The position numbers and the translations under genes are program-made. A stretch of DNA of 64,000 bases from a virus (taxonomy: Duplodnaviria > Caudoviricetes): positions 24,837-88,836 of the IMG/VR virus record IMGVR_UViG_3300009979_000004, one strand, 5' to 3'. The notes below the pieces were generated by a model. The model was not told the DNA's origin. It worked only from the letters and a program-made list of their open reading frames with translations, and did no database searches. Positions 16,628-26,170 of this stretch are shown one piece after another (positions within the stretch are counted from its first letter, which is position 1; every line of letters begins with the position of its first letter).

Positions 16628-17196
16628 AAGATAAGACATGTACACGTTGCCATAAAGCATTCCCAAGAAATACGTTTCCAAAGAATTCTCATAACAAAGA
16701 CGGATATAACTCCTGGTGTTCTAAATGCAGTACTTCTCATGGATCCGAAATCCGGAGACTGCAGAGAGCAAAGATGCTTTCCAATGTTTCTCCTTATGCT
16801 ATTCCGGGAGTCCATATTAAGACTATTGGACCTTCTGGTTCAAATGGATCTCCATTAATAGAAAGAATCAAGGAAGCTATTTCCAAAGTCACAGGGCTAA
16901 CCTGGGATGAGATATTGAACACCAGGAAACTTAAAAGTGGACCACGTGCTACAGCCAGGGCAAGACATCTATTTGCCTACATTACAAAAGTGATGGCACC
17001 ACATCTGTCTCTTAATGAAATTGGAAAACTGATGGGAGGCAACCATCATACTACTGTTATGTATGGGATCAATACTATTGAAGGATACATCAGCATCAAT
17101 GATGATGAAACCATGCAGCAAATTCAGCAGTTGAAACTATTATTTTCAAATATTAAACTCTCAGACAATGCAACAAAACCCACCAACCCTGTTTAA
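16615..17196 (+). CDS. zinc ribbon fused to a DnaA domain IV-like HTH
   Basis: CTRC...WCSKC N-terminus; ARARHLFAY...LSLNEIGKLMGGNHHTTVMYG resembles the DnaA C-terminal domain. Confidence 0.75.
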   Translation: MDQVKDKTCTRCHKAFPRNTFPKNSHNKDGYNSWCSKCSTSHGSEIRRLQRAKMLSNVSPYAIPGVHIKTIGPSGSNGSPLIERIKEAISKVTGLTWDEILNTRKLKSGPRATARARHLFAYITKVMAPHLSLNEIGKLMGGNHHTTVMYGINTIEGYISINDDETMQQIQQLKLLFSNIKLSDNATKPTNPV

Positions 17197-17755
17197 CCGG
17201 GAAGTGAAGAATTTCTCCAAGACGATCGAAGAGCTGACCTACAATGATGTAGCCAGGACACTCTTCTTTACCAGGATCGCCAGTCTACAGCTAAGAGCTC
17301 TGAGCAGGTCTCAGATTATCTCTGACGGTATCAGGAACATGATCTATTATACACTGGATACTATCCGTAAGTGTGACTATAGAATGGTTTCTGCTATTGG
17401 AAAGGATAGGGAAGCCCTCTTATGGAAAGAACTGAAAAAGGACAAAGTCTATGACATTGGAAACCTCGTAGAAAGCATGATGATAATCTCTAATGATGAA
17501 TCTCATTCTACTTATGAGGAACAATTAGGACTTGTTACCACATGGATAGAAGCTATAACCAAGATGCAAAAAAAGAATCGTAAAGTAGATATTAGAAAGT
17601 ATGCAGCTATGATACAGTTTATGTTGGAAGAAATGAAAGCTGAAGCTGAAGGCGGTATTACTTCAGTGGTCTACGATTCTCAGACAAATGAATTAAATTT
17701 CAAACTAGTACAGCCTAATAGCAATGTACCTGTTCAACCAACTATCACTAAATAA
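17168..17755 (+). CDS. hypothetical phage protein
   Basis: 195-aa ORF in the replication operon. Confidence 0.75.
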   Translation: MQQNPPTLFNREVKNFSKTIEELTYNDVARTLFFTRIASLQLRALSRSQIISDGIRNMIYYTLDTIRKCDYRMVSAIGKDREALLWKELKKDKVYDIGNLVESMMIISNDESHSTYEEQLGLVTTWIEAITKMQKKNRKVDIRKYAAMIQFMLEEMKAEAEGGITSVVYDSQTNELNFKLVQPNSNVPVQPTITK

Positions 17756-17761
17756 AAGACT

Positions 17762-19324
17762 ATGCAACTCTCTGTAGACACAGGGTTTGAGCTTAACAAG
17801 GACCAATCAGAGGCCTTTGAATCTCTTACCCGTATGGTTCTTGATAAAGACAAGACTTCTATTGCAGTCTTGATAGGCTATGCAGGCACAGGAAAGAGCT
17901 ATACGATCAACAGAGTTGTAGAACATTGCCTTTCTGTAATGCCTATTCTGAGATTTGCTATGACTGCTCCGACACATAAAGCAGTAAGGGTATTGAAAGC
18001 AACTTCAGAAAATCCTGATGATTTCTTATTCTCTACTATTCATTCCCTACTGGGATTACAACAGGATGTAACTTCCAAAGGAAAAGTGATCTATACCCGT
18101 GATCCACTATCTATTCCGGACAAGATCAGAAATGTAGACATCCTGATAGTTGATGAAGCAAGCATGCTGAATGCAGAGCTATTCGATCACCTGATTAATT
18201 TTCAAAAGAGGCTTTCATTCAAGCTTATCTTTGTAGGAGATGCGAAACAGATCAATCCTATAGGAGAAGAAAAATCCAATCCATTCATTTCCACGGTACA
18301 ACAAAAGCATGATATGAAAGTCATCACACTTTCAAAGATTGTAAGACAGGCTGGTGAGAATCCCATCATAGATTATGCTACTGCTATCCGAAGCAACCAG
18401 AAGTATGACCTCAACTCTGCCGATAAAGGAGATACTGGTATTTCCTGTATTGGTAAAACGATGTTCGCTCTTGCTCCTATACTGGAGAAATACTTTCTAA
18501 GTGAAGAGTTTAAAGCTAATCCAGACTATGTTAAAATTATAGCCTGGAGAAATCAGACAGTAGATGAATTCAATCGTGTAGTAAGACAGATGGTCTATAA
18601 AAAGAAAGTCCTTCCCAAAATACTAGAAGGAGAATATCTGGTTGCAGATAAACCTATAGTAAAGTGGGATGTCAAAGCAAACAGGTGGGCAAGCATTATT
18701 AATACTAATGAGGAGATGACAGTTACCAGGATTCATGGAGTTATTGATTATCCAATTACTTATAAGCTGTATGAACTTGTCAAGAAAGTCTTTTCTACGA
18801 GGGAACATGCCATTAGCTATATAGAGAATGAAACTTCTATCTCTCAAAAAGGAAGAGACTTCTGGTCAACCAAGCTTGCTCTTCATGACTTTGCCAATGG
18901 GCCATTTTCTATGAGGTACAGGATCTGGAACAGGTATGAAACTTGCGTAAAAGTGTATCGTTGTACTGTGAGACTGGCACAGGGCTGTAGTAACTTTTTA
19001 GATCATACAATAGATATTCTCCATGAATCTTCTGAAGGAGAATTTGAAGATGTCTTAAAGCAAATCAAGCAGTGTGCTTTATCTGTCACAGATGACCTGA
19101 TCCGCAGGCAGGTATGGGTAGGCTATTATAATATACAGAATCATTTTGCCTATACAAAGTATAACTATGCTTTAACCTCTCACAAGTCTCAGGGATCTAC
19201 CTATGAATACGCTATCATTCATGATTGGGATATCAATCTTAACACGAATGAAGAAGAGAAAAACCGGATCAAGTATGTGGCTGTTACAAGAGCTAGAAAC
19301 AAATTATTCATTGTAAAAGAATAG
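17762..19324 (+). CDS. dda: Dda/RecD-like SF1B DNA helicase
   Basis: GYAGTGKS, TAPTHKA, IVDEASM, VGDAKQ, IVRQ, YALTSHKSQGSTY and YVAVTRA motifs. Confidence 0.9.
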   Translation: MQLSVDTGFELNKDQSEAFESLTRMVLDKDKTSIAVLIGYAGTGKSYTINRVVEHCLSVMPILRFAMTAPTHKAVRVLKATSENPDDFLFSTIHSLLGLQQDVTSKGKVIYTRDPLSIPDKIRNVDILIVDEASMLNAELFDHLINFQKRLSFKLIFVGDAKQINPIGEEKSNPFISTVQQKHDMKVITLSKIVRQAGENPIIDYATAIRSNQKYDLNSADKGDTGISCIGKTMFALAPILEKYFLSEEFKANPDYVKIIAWRNQTVDEFNRVVRQMVYKKKVLPKILEGEYLVADKPIVKWDVKANRWASIINTNEEMTVTRIHGVIDYPITYKLYELVKKVFSTREHAISYIENETSISQKGRDFWSTKLALHDFANGPFSMRYRIWNRYETCVKVYRCTVRLAQGCSNFLDHTIDILHESSEGEFEDVLKQIKQCALSVTDDLIRRQVWVGYYNIQNHFAYTKYNYALTSHKSQGSTYEYAIIHDWDINLNTNEEEKNRIKYVAVTRARNKLFIVKE

Positions 19325-19326
19325 AT

Positions 19327-19608
19327 ATGAAATTAGAAATGACTCAGGAGAGCTATAAGTCAGAGATCCGTTTGGAAGACATCCTGATAAAATGTTCTCA
19401 TACTAAGAGAAGGGCTCAGATAGAAGCTCTTGTTGACAACCAGGATGTAGATGCTTTGCTGGAGATGATGAAGCAGATAACCGAGCAGGCATATATTGCA
19501 GGACTCAACAGGATCAGCCTGGATAATATACAGCTGGATCATCAGGGGTATACCGGGGATCTGGCAGTACTCGTAAAGAACTTCTTAAAAGACAAAGGGC
19601 TATGTTAA
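19327..19608 (+). CDS. hypothetical phage protein
   Basis: 93-aa ORF in operon. Confidence 0.7.
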   Translation: MKLEMTQESYKSEIRLEDILIKCSHTKRRAQIEALVDNQDVDALLEMMKQITEQAYIAGLNRISLDNIQLDHQGYTGDLAVLVKNFLKDKGLC

Positions 19609-19823
19609 AGGAGACAGATATTCAAAAAGTAGATAAACTCAGGAAACAACTCAGTGATATGTTTAATTCACTGGACTTTGCAAAGGCATTTATGAGAGAT
19701 GCTATTTATTGTAGTGAAGACTTATATAACAAACATTGTTTGAGTTTGGAACGTATCAAAGGACTGCTGGCTAATATCAATACACAACTCTTAAAAGATG
19801 GTATAGCCATCATAGAACCATGA
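19602..19823 (+). CDS. hypothetical phage protein
   Basis: 73-aa ORF overlapping its neighbours. Confidence 0.65.
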   Translation: MLKETDIQKVDKLRKQLSDMFNSLDFAKAFMRDAIYCSEDLYNKHCLSLERIKGLLANINTQLLKDGIAIIEP

Positions 19824-21001
19824 GTATAGAAAACAAAATCAGAATACAGAAAGAAGGCAAAGAAGCATGGTTTGCAAACTATTGCAAAGGGACTCTTGCA
19901 TGGGCTACCGGAGTTGGAAAGACGAAGGCAGCACTGGATATCATAGAACAACTTCGGCATGACTATCTTCAGAGATATGGAGAAGGTATGCCTCAAGGCT
20001 TGATCGTAACTCCTACGGAAGAGATGAGGGATAATGACTGGCCAGATGAGTTCAGGCGCTGGTATGTAGGTACTGAAGGAATAAAGTTGATTTGCTATGC
20101 TTCTCTTGCAAAAGAGAATCTCTCCAAGTATGATTTTATCGTTTATGATGAATGCCACCGTATCACGCTGAAGAATCTTCAAAAGCAAAAAGAAGCTAAC
20201 GTTCCTGCACTCGGGCTAACAGCTACTTATCCCAGAGCAAGATATGAAGATGACAAGCCTAGAATAGATTTACTCTATGAAGTGCTTCCACCGGTACACT
20301 ACATGAAGACAGACGATGCAGTAGATTTGGGACTCATATCCAATTTTGAGATTGTAGTCCTGAAGTTTGAACTGGATACCGTGAATAAGAATGTCAGAGG
20401 CGGGACAAAGGCAAAGCCATTCATGACTACAGAGAAGGCATCTTATGATTACTATACCAAGAGTATACGGTCTGCTGCTATGAAGAGCATAGATTCTCTG
20501 AAATTTGCTTACGTTAGTAAGAGAGCTCAGTTGATCTACAATCTTCCCTCTCGTCTAAGACTTGCCCAACAATGTTTGGAAAGGCTTCATCAACCTGGAA
20601 AGCGCACGCTGGTATTCTCAGGATCTATCGAACAGGCTAATGCTCTCTGTGGAGATAATGTATATCACTCAAAGTCGGATGACAGTGCTCTGAAAGCGTT
20701 TCAGAATAGAGAGATTGACATACTGGGAGCAGTGAAAGCGCTTAATGAGGGAAAGAACCTGACAGCTCCGGATCAGTCCCTGATTGCCAACATAGATGGG
20801 GTAGAAAGAAACCTTGTCCAGAGAATCGGAAGAGCTATCAGGAGAAGAGAAGATAACCTGGAGTTTACTGCCAAGATCGTTATTCTGGTTGCTATGGGAA
20901 CAGCTGATGAAGAGTGGTATAAGACTTCTATCCGGGACTTCGATTCCAGTAGAATCAAAGAATACAAGGTCAAGGTTCCAGAGTTGACAATGGTCTCCTA
21001 A
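19820..21001 (+). CDS. SF2 helicase (UvsW/ResIII-like)
   Basis: ATGVGKT, YDECH, GLTAT, LNEG and QRIGRAIR motifs. Confidence 0.88.
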   Translation: MSIENKIRIQKEGKEAWFANYCKGTLAWATGVGKTKAALDIIEQLRHDYLQRYGEGMPQGLIVTPTEEMRDNDWPDEFRRWYVGTEGIKLICYASLAKENLSKYDFIVYDECHRITLKNLQKQKEANVPALGLTATYPRARYEDDKPRIDLLYEVLPPVHYMKTDDAVDLGLISNFEIVVLKFELDTVNKNVRGGTKAKPFMTTEKASYDYYTKSIRSAAMKSIDSLKFAYVSKRAQLIYNLPSRLRLAQQCLERLHQPGKRTLVFSGSIEQANALCGDNVYHSKSDDSALKAFQNREIDILGAVKALNEGKNLTAPDQSLIANIDGVERNLVQRIGRAIRRREDNLEFTAKIVILVAMGTADEEWYKTSIRDFDSSRIKEYKVKVPELTMVS

Positions 21002-21017
21002 AATGTGGAAAACAGAT

Positions 21018-21048
21018 CTTGTAGGGTATCATAAATTCCTTAACTTCA
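21018..21048 (+). promoter_or_regulatory. possible Bacteroidota sigma-A-type promoter
   Basis: CTTG-N19-TAACTTCA in an intergenic gap, against the consensus TTTG-N19-21-TAnnTTTG. Confidence 0.35.
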
Positions 21049-21061
21049 CAACCCTTTTATT

Positions 21062-21625
21062 ATGCAATTGAAGCAAGTTCTTGAATGGCTAATAACTAAT
21101 GGCTTAGTACAGAATCAACAGGGCAAATTCAAATTCACGAACAAATTCTATAAGCAGTTAACAGAGGAACATCATCCGGTTTCAGAGACTGGTTTAATGG
21201 TTGTCAGTACACAGCAGGAGTTAGCAATACCAGATGTGACTAACTACCATACGTACCGGTACGAGGACTGGGTAAATTTATATCAGGGCTTCATAATGCA
21301 GTGTAAGATTCCAGCTAAGATGGAGAGTAGTAACGGTAACGTATATTCGGGAAATAAATATAGCGAAGATGGAATGAAGGCTTTTCAAAAAGCAATACGT
21401 GACGGATACCGCTATGATGTACTCAGAGTAGCTATAAGCCTTTACTATGCTTCTGGAATACGCTGGAAAAAAGCCATCGGGTCCTACATGACTAGCGGAG
21501 AATGGAGAAGTGATTATGCTTCTCTGCTAAGTGAAGCCAGTAAAGGTGAGCAGTCTTTGAATCAACATATTAAACGTAGTATAGATGACAGAACAGGAGC
21601 AGGAACTCATTACGAATTGGGATAA
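21062..21625 (+). CDS. hypothetical protein upstream of the replicative helicase
   Basis: 187-aa ORF overlapping dnaB. Confidence 0.75.
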   Translation: MQLKQVLEWLITNGLVQNQQGKFKFTNKFYKQLTEEHHPVSETGLMVVSTQQELAIPDVTNYHTYRYEDWVNLYQGFIMQCKIPAKMESSNGNVYSGNKYSEDGMKAFQKAIRDGYRYDVLRVAISLYYASGIRWKKAIGSYMTSGEWRSDYASLLSEASKGEQSLNQHIKRSIDDRTGAGTHYELG

Positions 21626-22781
21626 CTGGAAAGATCTGGAGCCTAATAGTTTCATCTATCAGGTACAAAAAGGAAGAGATGGTTTCAATACCGGACTGGA
21701 AAATGGTCTGGTCACTCTGAATAAATATATCTACGGAACACAGAGAGGAAGGTATTATCTCATTGGTGGAGACAGTGGAACTGGCAAGACGACCATAACT
21801 GACTTCATGTTTATTCTTAACTCTTGGGAATCAGCGAAGCTCAGAGATATTCCCATCAGGATATTCTATTGCAGCTTTGAGATTTCGAGGCTGGAAAAAG
21901 AAGCCAAGTGGGTAAGCTACTATATCTATCTACGAGAAGGAAAGTGCATTCCTTCAGATTATATATTAGGTAGAATACCTGGAAGACTTCTTAGCGAAGA
22001 AGATCAGGAAATTGTAAAGAAGGCTTACCACTGTGTAAAGGTCATCATGCAGGATATCATCTTTATGGAAGATGCAGTCCATCCTACTGCTATCTTTGAG
22101 AGCATCATCCAGAACCACTATGAGAACTATGGTATCGTCAAGAGATCTCCAGTGGCCGAAGCAGACAAGAAAAAGGGGAAAAAAGGAAGGATACTCGGTT
22201 ATGTACCGAAAGAACCTGATATGTATACGATCCTGGTAGTAGATCATCTTGCTCTGTTGCAATCAGAGATGGGATTGAATCTCAAAGGCACCATGGATAA
22301 AATGAGCCGGTATGCTGTTATATTACGGAATATGTTTCAGTGTACCTGTGTATTCATCCAACAGTTCAGCGCCGATATGCTACAGCATAAGAGAACCAGT
22401 ATGAGGTATCTTGCCGGTACAAAAAAAGAGTCTGCCATCGTTCCAAGTCGCTTAGATTTCGGAGATAGTAAAGCTACTTTCAGAGATTGTGACATTGCTC
22501 TTGGGATTGTAAAACCTTTTCAGTTTGAACTTGAAAGCTACTGTGATATCAACACATCCAAGATTTCTCTGGGAGGTCTGGGAGATTTTATGGTTCTTAT
22601 GACACTTATGAAGAACCGGTATGGTACTACTAACCGAAACATACCAATGTATTTCAATCCCATAGCAGGGATTGTAGAGGAACTGCCTTCTCTCAAACTG
22701 GATCCCAATGCAGCGGATCCCTGGTATGACAAGGCAACACACTTAGATAAAATATGTCAGCTCTATTTTCCTCAGAGCTGA
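21585..22781 (+). CDS. dnaB: DnaB-family replicative helicase
   Basis: Walker A GDSGTGKT, FEIS, VVDHL, IQQF and KNRYG motifs. Confidence 0.9.
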   Translation: MTEQEQELITNWDNWKDLEPNSFIYQVQKGRDGFNTGLENGLVTLNKYIYGTQRGRYYLIGGDSGTGKTTITDFMFILNSWESAKLRDIPIRIFYCSFEISRLEKEAKWVSYYIYLREGKCIPSDYILGRIPGRLLSEEDQEIVKKAYHCVKVIMQDIIFMEDAVHPTAIFESIIQNHYENYGIVKRSPVAEADKKKGKKGRILGYVPKEPDMYTILVVDHLALLQSEMGLNLKGTMDKMSRYAVILRNMFQCTCVFIQQFSADMLQHKRTSMRYLAGTKKESAIVPSRLDFGDSKATFRDCDIALGIVKPFQFELESYCDINTSKISLGGLGDFMVLMTLMKNRYGTTNRNIPMYFNPIAGIVEELPSLKLDPNAADPWYDKATHLDKICQLYFPQS

Positions 22782-22798
22782 TGACTAAATTCATTTAC

Positions 22799-23491
22799 AT
22801 GGCAAAACTCATAGCTATTGTTGGGGACACTGGTACTGGTAAAAGTACCTCTATCGAGAAGCTCGATCCCAAAGAGACCTTCGTGGTCAACTGTATGGGT
22901 AAACCATTACCCTTCAAAGGCAGCTCAAAGAGTTACTCTACAGAGCAGAAAAATAGTATGAGTACGACTCAGGCTGCCAGTATCCTGGCTCTTATGGAAA
23001 AGATCCACAAAGAGGCAGCGCATATAAAGAACCTAATCATTGATGATTCCGGGTTCATAATGACAGATCTGTTCTTCGCAAAGGCTATGGAGACAGGATA
23101 TACTAAATTCACCGAGATTGCCAAGGCTTATCAGTCTATGTTGAGCAAAGCCAAATCTCTCAGAAACGATCTTAATGTAGTATTAATGCTGCATGAAGAT
23201 GATGAGGTTAGCAACTCTACCAAGGTGAAGAAGAAAGTAAAGACAATCGGAAAGTTACTGGATGACCAGTATAGTCCGCTGTCAGCTGTGTCTATAGCTC
23301 TATTTACTGCTGTAACGTATGACAAAGAAGGACAGCCTGTCTACAACTTTATTACCAATAGGACTTCTATTAATGGAGTAGAAATACCTGCAAAAAGCCC
23401 TAAAGGCATGTTCAAAGAATTATATATTCCAAACGATCTTTCCCTGGTATTCAAACAAGCTGATGAATACTACTTAGGAGAGAATATTTAA
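22799..23491 (+). CDS. AAA ATPase (Sak4-like/AAA_24)
   Basis: MAKLIAIVGDTGTGKST, LIIDD and PAKSPKGMF; start placed at 22799. Confidence 0.8.
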   Translation: MAKLIAIVGDTGTGKSTSIEKLDPKETFVVNCMGKPLPFKGSSKSYSTEQKNSMSTTQAASILALMEKIHKEAAHIKNLIIDDSGFIMTDLFFAKAMETGYTKFTEIAKAYQSMLSKAKSLRNDLNVVLMLHEDDEVSNSTKVKKKVKTIGKLLDDQYSPLSAVSIALFTAVTYDKEGQPVYNFITNRTSINGVEIPAKSPKGMFKELYIPNDLSLVFKQADEYYLGENI

Positions 23492-23502
23492 AACACACTT
23501 AT

Positions 23503-24168
23503 ATGAGTTTTTTAGATTTTCTAAAAGATGTAACACTTGAAGAAATTCCTGTGAGTATTAAATCACAGGCTGTTGCTAAGAAGCAATACAATCCGGATGA
23601 ATCAGTTCTGGCAATCCGTGTCTGGAAAGATGGGGAGATTTATCCATCCAAAGCGCTGGTAGATCAGTTCTGCCTTGAGTATCCTAAAGCCACGATTCTT
23701 ACAGAAGTAGATGAGAATGGCAAGGAAAAGAAGACTTATACATTTGCAGATAAAAGCAATGGGTTTGATGTCATCGACAGCCGTCTGTGGGGACAATGCA
23801 AGGGTGCTGCCAAAGATTTCATAGCAGTTGCTATCGTAGATAAAGAGCTTCCTAAAGTAGATCTGTTTGCCAATGTGAAATATAATGATGATGGCAGCCC
23901 GATTTCCAGCGTACTGTCACAGGGAGCTGCTACTTTTGGTAGTAAAACTCTTCTTCCTATGATTAAAGAGATCTATGATGTGGAACCAAATGAAGAAGGA
24001 TATATAGATCTTATTATAGATACTTCAAAGAATCTGAAGTCTATATCTACTAATGGATTATTCAATTTTCCAAAGAAGGTTTCTCGTGGAAAACATCAAG
24101 GAACAGAGACCTATGAGAGAAGAGAAAATGTAGATATATTTGCTCTTATCCCAGCACAGCTCGTTTAA
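23503..24168 (+). CDS. hypothetical replication-region protein
   Basis: 221-aa ORF. Confidence 0.75.
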   Translation: MSFLDFLKDVTLEEIPVSIKSQAVAKKQYNPDESVLAIRVWKDGEIYPSKALVDQFCLEYPKATILTEVDENGKEKKTYTFADKSNGFDVIDSRLWGQCKGAAKDFIAVAIVDKELPKVDLFANVKYNDDGSPISSVLSQGAATFGSKTLLPMIKEIYDVEPNEEGYIDLIIDTSKNLKSISTNGLFNFPKKVSRGKHQGTETYERRENVDIFALIPAQLV

Positions 24169-24202
24169 AATAATCTATTCTAATCACTAAATATAAACAA
24201 CT

Positions 24203-24925
24203 ATGATGACTGTAGGAATCAATGAAAATCTGATTCTGTCGAAAGCAGAACTATTTACAGAGACAAATGTATATCTGGCTCTTTCGTTCAGAGAACGCTC
24301 TGGTGAAGCCTTGAGCGATTTTGCTCAACTAACTTCCGGTGGAGAAGTAGATACTGGTAATCCAATGGATCTGGCTCAAAAACTCTGGTGTCCTAAAGCT
24401 CCAAAAGATACTAAGCAGAATGGAGATACAAAGACTAAAGCAGAAAAGGTAAAAGAAGCCAGAGACGGATTGGGAGAAATTCAGAATACTTTAGTAGGAT
24501 TTCTCAAATGCTATACTACTACAGATAAGATCAAACTCAATCCTTTCAAAGGAATGGAAGATGTTATCAGTGAAGCCAATTATGAAGAGAAAATTGTTGA
24601 AGAGTATGTGCTACACAAAGCCTTCATTAATCTCTGTACTCAGTTCATTGAGCAGGTACAACCGTTCCTAAATAAAGATGAGTTCCCTATAAGGCTATTG
24701 TTGCTTCGTCAGAAAGACAAGCATTTCTTGGAGTTGAGAAGAAGATTTATCAAAGATAATCCCATAGTAGAACCTATGAGCATTCCAAGGGCCCAGACCA
24801 AGCTCAAATTCACCAAGCGTGAGATTGAGAATGGACAGGACAAGATGGAATATCTTACTCAAAGTGATGCAGATCAAGTTCCTCTGGAAAGTGGAGAAGT
24901 GAATGACATCTTCAATGAGAATTAA
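24203..24925 (+). CDS. hypothetical protein, possible ssDNA-binding protein
   Basis: Acidic tail ending DIF; lies between the ATPase and the primase. Confidence 0.45.
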   Translation: MMTVGINENLILSKAELFTETNVYLALSFRERSGEALSDFAQLTSGGEVDTGNPMDLAQKLWCPKAPKDTKQNGDTKTKAEKVKEARDGLGEIQNTLVGFLKCYTTTDKIKLNPFKGMEDVISEANYEEKIVEEYVLHKAFINLCTQFIEQVQPFLNKDEFPIRLLLLRQKDKHFLELRRRFIKDNPIVEPMSIPRAQTKLKFTKREIENGQDKMEYLTQSDADQVPLESGEVNDIFNEN

Positions 24926-24948
24926 AGATCACTCATAACTAACTGACT

Positions 24949-25941
24949 ATGCAAGAATATATGTCCTATACGGATAGCGACATATTGGAGCGAGTAGATG
25001 AATACTCGCTCTTTTGTCACTATCTTGAATTTGAACCTTTGTTGGGGAGAAAGTATTCTTCACCACTAAGAAGCGGAGATAATGATCCATCCTTTGGAAT
25101 ATTTGAAAGGAAGAATAAATGTATGCTTCCCAATGAATATATGTGGAAGGATCAGGCTCATCCCGTTAAACAACACGGAGATATTTTTGATCTGGTCCAA
25201 CTATTATATAATCTTTCTTCCAGGGTTAAAGCCTGCTGGAAGATTTGTTCAGACTTTGGTCTTGGGGGATGTCAATCCAGCATCCATAGTAAACTGGTCT
25301 ATAAGGAGATTCGCTATTTTGCTGCTACCAATATAAAGATAGTCAGCAGGCCATTCTCTTTACAAGATCTTTCTTACTGGGATCAGTATGGCATCTCACA
25401 GGAGATTCTAAACCGGTACAACGTAAGCTCTATAAAAGCTTACTGGCTTCATGAAGAAGACAAATTTCCGTCTTATCCCAATGGATTGGGATATGCTTAT
25501 AGAATCAATAGTCGCTACCAGTTATACTTCCCAAAAGCTCAGAAGAGAAGGAAGTTTAAAAACAATTGGAACTATAGCAACGTTCCTGGTCTTCAACAGT
25601 TAGAATATAATTCCAAGATGCTGATTATTACTAAAGCTATGAAGGATGTAATGTGTCTCAGATCCATGGGTTATGAAGCAATTGCTCCAAGAGGGGAAGG
25701 GATTCTCTTACCTGCAGAATGTATAGAATATGTGAAACGGAAATACAGGAATATTGTCGTATTATTTGATAACGACAACAAGCATAGAGGAAATGAATAT
25801 CCTTTCCCCAGAATAGAGCTTCCATTGGAAGATGGTAAAAAAGACATTACAGATTATTACGCACACTATGGAAGAGAGAATACTTCTCTAGTCCTCAAAC
25901 AATTGTTATATGAATGTATCCAGCAACAAGCTTCAGTTTAG
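24949..25941 (+). CDS. dnaG: DnaG-like primase
   Basis: SPLRSGDNDPSF, WKD, GDIFDLV N-terminal domain; TOPRIM ITKAMKDV, APRGE and LFDND. Confidence 0.88.
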   Translation: MQEYMSYTDSDILERVDEYSLFCHYLEFEPLLGRKYSSPLRSGDNDPSFGIFERKNKCMLPNEYMWKDQAHPVKQHGDIFDLVQLLYNLSSRVKACWKICSDFGLGGCQSSIHSKLVYKEIRYFAATNIKIVSRPFSLQDLSYWDQYGISQEILNRYNVSSIKAYWLHEEDKFPSYPNGLGYAYRINSRYQLYFPKAQKRRKFKNNWNYSNVPGLQQLEYNSKMLIITKAMKDVMCLRSMGYEAIAPRGEGILLPAECIEYVKRKYRNIVVLFDNDNKHRGNEYPFPRIELPLEDGKKDITDYYAHYGRENTSLVLKQLLYECIQQQASV

Positions 25942-26170
25942 AAGTGTAAAAGAAGCAGAAGACTTTTTAGAATCTACTTATCTCAATAAGGTTATACAAT
26001 TTGAGCAATATGCCGCTCATTCTACTAAACTTATTGCAGGAAAGGTGGACAGGATAGCACTGGATATAGCCACTAAAAGTCCTGGTGTAGTGATAATCAT
26101 ACTTAATGATGGCATGAGGTATGAGATAGAGAAAGATATGTTTTTCAGCATGGTAAAACTACTTAATTAA
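25910..26170 (+). CDS. hypothetical phage protein
   Basis: 86-aa ORF. Confidence 0.65.
   Translation: MNVSSNKLQFRSVKEAEDFLESTYLNKVIQFEQYAAHSTKLIAGKVDRIALDIATKSPGVVIIILNDGMRYEIEKDMFFSMVKLLN

Noticed and set aside
3307-20188. - strand ORFs such as 3307-3825, 9810-10298, 10926-11405 and 19706-20188
   Set aside because: They overlap well-supported + strand genes in a uniformly + strand arm
21004-21012. DnaA box (TTTTCCACA on the minus strand) as a phage origin
   Set aside because: Single copy; the same 9-mer also occurs inside genes (about 10770 and 34912), consistent with chance
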